Made by a program: the position numbers and the translations under genes. From assembly GCA_022750435.1 (NCBI GenBank), contig JAKIVS010000001.1, positions 102,542-166,541 of the forward strand: a stretch of DNA of 64,000 nucleotides. Reading direction: 5' to 3'. The DNA is from Thermoplasmata archaeon (lineage in GTDB: Archaea; Thermoplasmatota; Thermoplasmata; Lutacidiplasmatales; UBA184). Every line of letters begins with the position of its first letter. Position 1 is the stretch's first letter. The notes under the pieces were generated by a model. The model searched no databases. It saw nothing but the letters and a program-made list of their open reading frames with translations, and had not been told where the DNA came from. Of the stretch, positions 57,841 through 64,000 are shown piece after piece.

Positions 57841-59361
57841 ATGATCGGGGAACGGCGGATGGACGGGAGCGTAACCAGTTCCATCGCCCTCTCGGTCCGA
57901 CGCCGGACCCGCGCCCTATGGACCGACGTGCACCTCTCGTTGCGTCGTCCCTCCACAGAGATCGCTCGACGTCGCCGTCGCCGCTGGCTCGCGACGGGCG
58001 CCGTGGTGTGCGCGGTCCTTCTCGTCGTCGCTGGCGTCTACGTCGTGACCCTGCCCCCGCCTCTTCCGTTTCACGAACTGTGGTCGAAGACGCTTGCTGG
58101 AAACTCGTACGGCCAGGGCGTCGGGATCGGCGGCCTCTTCGTGACCTACTCGTACACGGCCGGGGCGTTGACCAATCTGACCGGATCGGCGGACGTGCAG
58201 ACGGCGGACCTGACGTTCCAGATGGAGGGGATCGACCTCGTCTCGGGTACGGTCCTCTGGACGTCGTCGTTCGTGCTCTGGGGGGTCGTCGACGCGCCCC
58301 CCGATTTCCTTCCCCGGATGGTGGCCGCGGGGTCGGATGCGGCACTCGCCGTCTCCTGGGGCGGGACCTCCGGGGCGAACCTGACGGTCGTCACGGTGGA
58401 CGCCTCGACGGGGGATCGGCTCGCAGACTGGACGGTCGCGATCCCGGGCTGGGCGAGCACCGTCGCCTCGCAAGAGATCGCGACCGCCAACGGAACGCTC
58501 GTCACCTGGCTCCCCGAGACCCTCACCTCCCCGACCCCGCTCCTCCTCGTCGGCTACAATGTCACCACGGGGGCCCGCGCGTGGAACGACTCGGTTCCCA
58601 TCCCGCTGACGCTCGACGGATGGGGACTGGGCATCTCTTCCGCGGCCCAGGACGGGAGCACGCTGGAAATCTCGGTGACCCCCGCCGGTGGCCCCGCGTG
58701 GCTCCTCGGGGTCGCCGGAAATGCGGGAACGGTCCTCGGCGAGAGGCTGTACAACGGGTCGGCCGACATCTCCCGGGGAGTGGCCGGCGCGGGCAACTTC
58801 TACTTCCTGAACAGTTCCGCCGGCGGACTGCTCATCGATGGATTCAATCTGAGTTTGGGCACGAACCTGACCCCCATCCCGGTGGACAACGTCCGCGACG
58901 GCTCCGCCGGCTCGGCGGCCCTGTTCGCGGTCGACGGGGTCCTCCTCGTCGCCTCGTACTCGAACGACCTCTCGTACGCCGCCTACGACCCCGGGGGCCG
59001 GATGCTCTGGATCTCGGAGTTTCCGAACGCCACGTCGTGCGGCCAGCCCGACTTCTCGGCGTTGGGCCCCTGCGCGACCGACCTGAGCCCTCCCCTGTCT
59101 CTCGGGAACGGAGTCGTCCTCGTGAGCTCCTACGCCAGCCTCGCCTCCGTGGGAAACGCCTACCTCGACACCTACCGCGCCATCGACGTCTCGAGTGGAT
59201 TCGTGGACTGGTCGGCGAACTACTCGCTCACCTTCGGCTACCAGTTCTGGCCCTGGCAGGGTCCCGAACCGCTCGTCTCCGTCCAGAGCACCGCGGGGCC
59301 CTACGTTCTCTATGCCGTCGTCTCCCCAAGCTCCATTTCCCTGGAGGGCGGGACCACCTAG
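57841..59361 (+). CDS. Membrane-anchored PQQ-like beta-propeller protein
   Basis: RRRRR plus TM, repeated IDxxSG..(L)W units. Confidence 0.7.
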   Translation: MIGERRMDGSVTSSIALSVRRRTRALWTDVHLSLRRPSTEIARRRRRRWLATGAVVCAVLLVVAGVYVVTLPPPLPFHELWSKTLAGNSYGQGVGIGGLFVTYSYTAGALTNLTGSADVQTADLTFQMEGIDLVSGTVLWTSSFVLWGVVDAPPDFLPRMVAAGSDAALAVSWGGTSGANLTVVTVDASTGDRLADWTVAIPGWASTVASQEIATANGTLVTWLPETLTSPTPLLLVGYNVTTGARAWNDSVPIPLTLDGWGLGISSAAQDGSTLEISVTPAGGPAWLLGVAGNAGTVLGERLYNGSADISRGVAGAGNFYFLNSSAGGLLIDGFNLSLGTNLTPIPVDNVRDGSAGSAALFAVDGVLLVASYSNDLSYAAYDPGGRMLWISEFPNATSCGQPDFSALGPCATDLSPPLSLGNGVVLVSSYASLASVGNAYLDTYRAIDVSSGFVDWSANYSLTFGYQFWPWQGPEPLVSVQSTAGPYVLYAVVSPSSISLEGGTT

Positions 59362-59528
59362 GACCGACGAACGTCGCCCTAATGGGTCGGCCGACTCGGA
59401 GGGACGCGTAGGGTCCAGGCGACGACGCACCGGCCGTCCGCACCGGGAGCGGGCCCAGAGGTTCCCGGATTTCCCCTGAGATAAACCCCTCCGAAACACT
59501 CCATCGGCCGAATCGTGCGTGCGGCGGG

Positions 59529-60992
59529 ATGGGTACGCCCGCGCTGGTGGGGCTGGTGAGCCCCATGGGAACCCCCGAACGCCCTACGGCGCGACCGCCC
59601 CCGTCGACCGAGCCCTGCCGACGAGGCCTCCGTCGGTCGACCATCGTGGCGACCGCGCTGGTCACCGTCGCCCTGGCCCTGCTCGTCCTGCCGCTCCCCG
59701 CGGCGTCCGCCGGAGCGGTCCGGACGACGGCCGCCGCTCCCGCCCCCGGCCCGAGTGAGTCCTGGGCCTGGGGGGCGCTTGCCAACTTCTCCGCGTCGAT
59801 CGAGTACGTGGGCGCGTACAACAACTCCCAGAACCTGACCGGTGGGAACTGGACCAGTTCCGGCGCCTACGTGGCGATGCAGGAGTCCGTCGGGGTCGAG
59901 TTTGGCGCGTACGTCCTCGTCAACGCATCGACTCCGTCGAACGGAACGCGCTACGTGCAGGTCGACGCCGCCGAGCTCCGGGCGGAGCACATCGCGGTGG
60001 CGGCCTCCGGAACGTTCCCGGTCGCCGGAAACTACACCGCGAACGCCTCGATCCCCCTGGCGCCGCTCAACTTCTCGTTGGCAGCGACCGTCGCGGTCCT
60101 CGACGTGGCCGCGGCGTACTTGAACTTCTCGACGGGACCGAACGGCTCGCTCGCTCTCGCGAACGAGCATGTGGAGTACGCCGAGGGGGTCAACATCTCA
60201 CTCGACGCGCAGCAGTTCCCGAACGTGACTCGCGACGCCGCCGGCGACGTGGGCATCCGGTACGTCACGGAGTCGATCGCCGCGAGCGCCTGGGTCTTCG
60301 AGAATCTCTCGGCCACGTTCTCGCCCGCCCTCCCCCTCGTGGAGGGACCGTTGTTCGTCGGGAAAACGTGGAACGGCACGTCCACCGCGTCGTTCAATGG
60401 GTCGGTCGCCTGGGCCGAGACGGTCCACGCAACCACCGCGAGCGGGACCACCGGTGCGTTCTCGACGTCCGGTACGGCCTCGGCCCGCGCGACCGTCCCG
60501 GTCGCGCTGCAGTGCGGCGTCACCGGAACGGCCGTGGTCCGCTACCCGAACGGCACGCCGGAGACCGACGACGTGATCGCGTGCACCAACGCGACGGGCG
60601 CGGCGGCGTCCCTCTCGACGAACGGCTTGGTCGTCCTCCCGACGACCAACTCGACCGCGACCGGCGGACTTGCGTCCACGGTCCCGGTGCACGCCGCGAC
60701 CGCCCCGGCCGCCCCGAACGCTCGCGCCGAGGGCGCCAGCCTGTATTCGCCGTCGCGACAGATGGCGACCTCCGAGCGGGCCTCACCGGCCTCCGGCGAT
60801 CAGGTCACGGCGAGCCCGATGTCGGTCGCCGACGCGAAGGCGGCGATGCACGCCCTTGGAGCCCCTGTGCGCCCGGTTCCGGTGCATCCGGAGGGCCCCG
60901 AGCTCGCGGCCATCGCCGTGGTGGTCGATGCGGTGATCCTCGTCGTGGGCGCCTTGGTGGTACTCGCCCGCCGGCAGCGGCTCCGCGCGTAG
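59529..60992 (+). CDS. Hypothetical secreted glycoprotein with C-terminal TM
   Basis: Signal peptide, many N-x-S/T sequons, TM then RRQR. Confidence 0.72.
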   Translation: MGTPALVGLVSPMGTPERPTARPPPSTEPCRRGLRRSTIVATALVTVALALLVLPLPAASAGAVRTTAAAPAPGPSESWAWGALANFSASIEYVGAYNNSQNLTGGNWTSSGAYVAMQESVGVEFGAYVLVNASTPSNGTRYVQVDAAELRAEHIAVAASGTFPVAGNYTANASIPLAPLNFSLAATVAVLDVAAAYLNFSTGPNGSLALANEHVEYAEGVNISLDAQQFPNVTRDAAGDVGIRYVTESIAASAWVFENLSATFSPALPLVEGPLFVGKTWNGTSTASFNGSVAWAETVHATTASGTTGAFSTSGTASARATVPVALQCGVTGTAVVRYPNGTPETDDVIACTNATGAAASLSTNGLVVLPTTNSTATGGLASTVPVHAATAPAAPNARAEGASLYSPSRQMATSERASPASGDQVTASPMSVADAKAAMHALGAPVRPVPVHPEGPELAAIAVVVDAVILVVGALVVLARRQRLRA

Positions 60993-61116
60993 GACGAGAC
61001 GACGAACCCTTTCCCGGGGGAGGGGACCGCCCCTCCCCCACACTTCGAGGGGGGGAGGAGACTGGACCGAGAAAAACCAAGGAGAAGGGGTTGGTGCGGA
61101 GAGAACGGAGCGACCC

Positions 61117-61275
61117 TTACGGGTGCTTCGCCATCTTCAGGACGGCTTCCTGCGTGAAGTCCTCGTTGTGCTTGTGCTTGCCGTGCCACTGCACCAGCGC
61201 GACCAGCTCGTGCTGGTCTCCCGAGACGACTTCGAATCCGTCCGCGCACGCGACCTTCCACTTTCCACAGCCCAT
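61117..61275 (-). CDS. Small metal-binding protein (DUF1059-like)
   Basis: MGCGKWKVACADGFEV...ELV...HGKHKH. Confidence 0.6.
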   Translation of the reverse strand: MGCGKWKVACADGFEVVSGDQHELVALVQWHGKHKHNEDFTQEAVLKMAKHP

Positions 61276-61374
61276 GTTCGTTCCTCCCCGTCTGAGACGG
61301 GCAACGTTCCATGCCCGCCGGGGGGGTGAACCCTTGTAACCCGCGAGTACCACAACTCGGAGGTCGTCCGAGCG

Positions 61375-61881
61375 CTACGGCTTCGGGACGCCGGCGGTCC
61401 CCCGGCTCGCGCCGCCGGCTCGGGGGAGCGACTCGTCCGCGGGGCGGCCGAGGAACGTCCGTTTCGCCGCCGTCACATGGGCGCCGGGACGGATCGAGTC
61501 GACGACCTGGAGGACCCGGCCGTCGGCGTCGAGGAGGAACGTGACCCGTCGGGCGTGGCCGAAGGCTCCGAGGACCTCGAAGCGGCGGGCGATCGCCTGG
61601 TCGCCGTCGGCGACGAGCGGGAACGGCAGCGAGCAGGTCTCCAGGAACGCGCGCTGGTCGCTGAGCGAGTCGACCGAGACGCCGACGATGGAGACTCCCC
61701 GCTCCTTCAAGGCCGGGTGCTCCTTCGCGAAGCCGATCGACTCGTACGTGCAGCCGAGGCTCCCGGCCCGGGGATAGAAGTAGAGGATCACGGGGCCACC
61801 GCGGAGCGAGGAGAGGCGAAAGCCGGAGCCCTGCGTGGAGATTCCCTCGAAGTCGGGGGCGACGTCCCCGGGCTGAATCAT
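61375..61881 (-). CDS. bcp: Peroxiredoxin (Bcp/PrxQ)
   Basis: APDF, LYFYPRAGSLGCT (PxxxSxxC), GVSVD, RVTFLLD. Confidence 0.9.
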   Translation of the reverse strand: MIQPGDVAPDFEGISTQGSGFRLSSLRGGPVILYFYPRAGSLGCTYESIGFAKEHPALKERGVSIVGVSVDSLSDQRAFLETCSLPFPLVADGDQAIARRFEVLGAFGHARRVTFLLDADGRVLQVVDSIRPGAHVTAAKRTFLGRPADESLPRAGGASRGTAGVPKP

Positions 61882-61902
61882 CAGCCGAAGACGGTTTTGC
61901 TC

Positions 61903-62781
61903 CTACTTGAACCCCGGGGGCGTCGCCGGGGATGCCGCACCCCGCAGCCCGGGTTCGCTCTCGAAGATTCGCGTCATCTCCTCGGCGGCGAGGGACGGAA
62001 AGGAGGCGGGGTTCGCGAATTCCTCGAACTGTCGAAGGTCCCGGACCCGGACCGAGGGGACGGCCCCGAGGGCTTGCACGAAGCCGACGGCGGCCTGTGG
62101 GAGGGTCCGTCGGTGGCCGGCGGTCAGGAACCCGAGGGGAAGCAGCGGCGCGTAGGCGCGCTGCAATTCGGCCAGCCCGAGGGGGCGCGGTGGTCCGTCG
62201 TTGGCCAGGGATCCCTCCGCGAGCCACCGTCCGTCGAGCCGCCCATCGGCATGCGGGTTCGTCACGAGCGCCTGCGCCCCCGCGGTGCGGACCACCTCGA
62301 CCACGGCATGCGTTCTCCGGGCCTCGAGCAGATGCCCGGGGAAGGAGACCCACGAGGCCCCGGCCCGCACGCACCGTTCGCTCCCCGCCTCGGCGAGGGA
62401 AATGTCCCGAAATCGCACCCCGGACCCCGTGATCGACCCGGACGGCGGAGCGCGGAGGAAGTCGCTTCCCTCGACGAACCGAACGATCCTGTCCGGCCGG
62501 GCCACTCCGACGGAATCGGAACCGGACGGGCTCGTGGCCGTCACGAAGGCCATGGCGTCGACCCAGGGAGGTCCCGCCGCGGCCGCGACGAGATCCCAGC
62601 ACCGGAGCGGTTCGGGCGCCTCGGTGAGGTCGAACATGAGGATGCCCCGGCCGACCGCCGCCCGCACGACCGCCGACAGCCGGGACGCGACGGTTCCGGT
62701 GGCGTCGAGCGGCGTGGGGCCAAGGGAAATCGCGAGCCTCGGTGGTTCTCTCGTCGAAACCGGCGCGCCGTCGGGGGTCAT
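61903..62781 (-). CDS. Divergent aldo/keto-reductase-like protein
   Basis: AVGRGILMFD, PHADGRLDG and RTLPQAAVGFV resemble the AKR fold. Catalytic residues not evident. Confidence 0.5.
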   Translation of the reverse strand: MTPDGAPVSTREPPRLAISLGPTPLDATGTVASRLSAVVRAAVGRGILMFDLTEAPEPLRCWDLVAAAAGPPWVDAMAFVTATSPSGSDSVGVARPDRIVRFVEGSDFLRAPPSGSITGSGVRFRDISLAEAGSERCVRAGASWVSFPGHLLEARRTHAVVEVVRTAGAQALVTNPHADGRLDGRWLAEGSLANDGPPRPLGLAELQRAYAPLLPLGFLTAGHRRTLPQAAVGFVQALGAVPSVRVRDLRQFEEFANPASFPSLAAEEMTRIFESEPGLRGAASPATPPGFK

Positions 62782-62831
62782 TTCGCCCCGGATGGGGGGC
62801 TTCCTTTATCGGTCTGGCGGTACGGAAGCGT

Positions 62832-64000
62832 GTGACCGGGGCCCTTTCGAGCGACCGTCGCCCGCTCTCGGAGCGGCTCCGCCCCGAACGGCTCTCCGAC
62901 GTCGTCGGCAACCCCCGGGTCGTGGCCAAGCTCCTCGCGTGGGGCAAGAACTGGGCCACGAGCACGACTCCGCCGACCCGTCGGGCCGCGATCCTCGCGG
63001 GCCCCCCGGGAGTGGGGAAGACCACCGCGGCCTACGCCGTCGCGCGCGAGTTCGGCTGGACCGTTGTCGAGATGAACGCCTCCGACGCGCGCAACCAGGG
63101 CGCGATCGACCAGGTCGCGGGTCGCGCCTCGATCACCCACACCCTCGGCGACACGGGCCGATTCCGGTCCCAGTCGAGCGGCGGACGCTCCCTCATCCTA
63201 CTCGATGAGGCGGATTCGTTGACCGGGCGCGCGACCGAGGACGCCGGCCGCAAGGCCTCCCCGCTCACTTTCCGGGACTTCCTGCGGGGCCGCTACGGCT
63301 CGGTCGACGCACTCAACCGGGGATGGAAGCTCGGTGAGACCGGTCGTCCCGCGGCGTTCTCCGCCTGGAGCGACCTGCCGACCACCCCCGGGCGCGCGGC
63401 GTTCAACCGGCTCGACGAGGCCCGGGCCGACGTTCAGGATTGGCGCGGGATTGGAAAGCCGACCGACTTGAGTGACCGGGGCGGGCTTGGGGCGATTGCG
63501 CGGCTCGTCCGGGAGACGCGACAGCCGCTCATTCTGACGGTGAACGACGACCGGACCCTGACGCGTTACTCGCCCGTTTTCCGGAGCGGGGTCGAACGGC
63601 TCACGTTCGAGCGGCTGAGCGACCGGGAGATGCTCGCGTTCGTGCAGAAGATCGTCCGGTCGGAGGGGATGACGGTGACCCCGGCCGCGACGCAGGCCAT
63701 CGTCCGACGGAGTCGCGGCGACCTCCGGGCGGCGGTGAACGACCTGGAGGCGATCGCCCCGCTGCCCGCCGGGACGTGGCAGGAGTCGGTGCTGGGCTCG
63801 CGGGATTCTCAGTCCGAGATCGCCGAGTTGGTGGAGGACGTGTTCGCGCATCCGAGGTTCTACAAGAACGTCGAGCTGCGCGGCCGGGTCGACGCCGACC
63901 CGGAGGACCTCCTGCCGTGGTTCGAGGAGAGCGCTTCCCAGTTTGCACGGACCCCCGAGGGTCGGGTGGCGGGCACGGCCGCCATCGCGCGCGCGGAGCG
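62832..64000 (+). CDS. rfcL: Replication factor C large subunit (3'-truncated by the window edge; absent from the ORF track)
   Basis: LSERLRP...DVVGN, GPPGVGKTT, EMNASDAR, LDEAD, DRGG, PLILTVND, GDLRAAVNDLE. Confidence 0.92.
   Translation, partial: MTGALSSDRRPLSERLRPERLSDVVGNPRVVAKLLAWGKNWATSTTPPTRRAAILAGPPGVGKTTAAYAVAREFGWTVVEMNASDARNQGAIDQVAGRASITHTLGDTGRFRSQSSGGRSLILLDEADSLTGRATEDAGRKASPLTFRDFLRGRYGSVDALNRGWKLGETGRPAAFSAWSDLPTTPGRAAFNRLDEARADVQDWRGIGKPTDLSDRGGLGAIARLVRETRQPLILTVNDDRTLTRYSPVFRSGVERLTFERLSDREMLAFVQKIVRSEGMTVTPAATQAIVRRSRGDLRAAVNDLEAIAPLPAGTWQESVLGSRDSQSEIAELVEDVFAHPRFYKNVELRGRVDADPEDLLPWFEESASQFARTPEGRVAGTAAIARAE

Noticed and set aside
63228..63473. RfcL insertion as an intein
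   Set aside because: Too short, and it lacks the intein block motifs and the C-terminal His-Asn.

Overview
High-GC archaeal chromosomal window, most likely Thermoplasmata-like (inferred from ABCE1, RFC large subunit, Mre11/Rad50, MptA, an archaeal box C/D sRNA, RNase P RNA and a bacterial-type ThrRS). The first 15 kb hold two related tyrosine-integrase loci that each point at the 3' end of a non-tRNA RNA gene. One abuts the RNase P RNA gene (about 2042-2339, minus strand) and appears to be hit by an IS3 element. The other defines a complete 11.5-kb integrated element (3332-14825) inserted in a box C/D guide sRNA gene. It is bounded by a perfect 21-bp direct repeat and has 16-bp terminal inverted repeats. 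It carries a decayed VirD4/HerA-like ATPase-wHTH-nuclease gene and large kelch/PKD surface proteins. The rest is mostly core genome: thrS, H+-PPase, SPFH protein, mre11-rad50, a dispersed SUF Fe-S region (sufU, sufD, sufB, sufS, sufC, SufR-like, SufT-like), a JAMM protease next to a Ubl-E1-rhodanese fusion, ABCE1, an FtsX-type ABC transporter, mptA, several secreted proteins, and an RFC large subunit with an unusual roughly 75-aa insertion after Walker B. All calls are by eye from motifs; no database searches were run.
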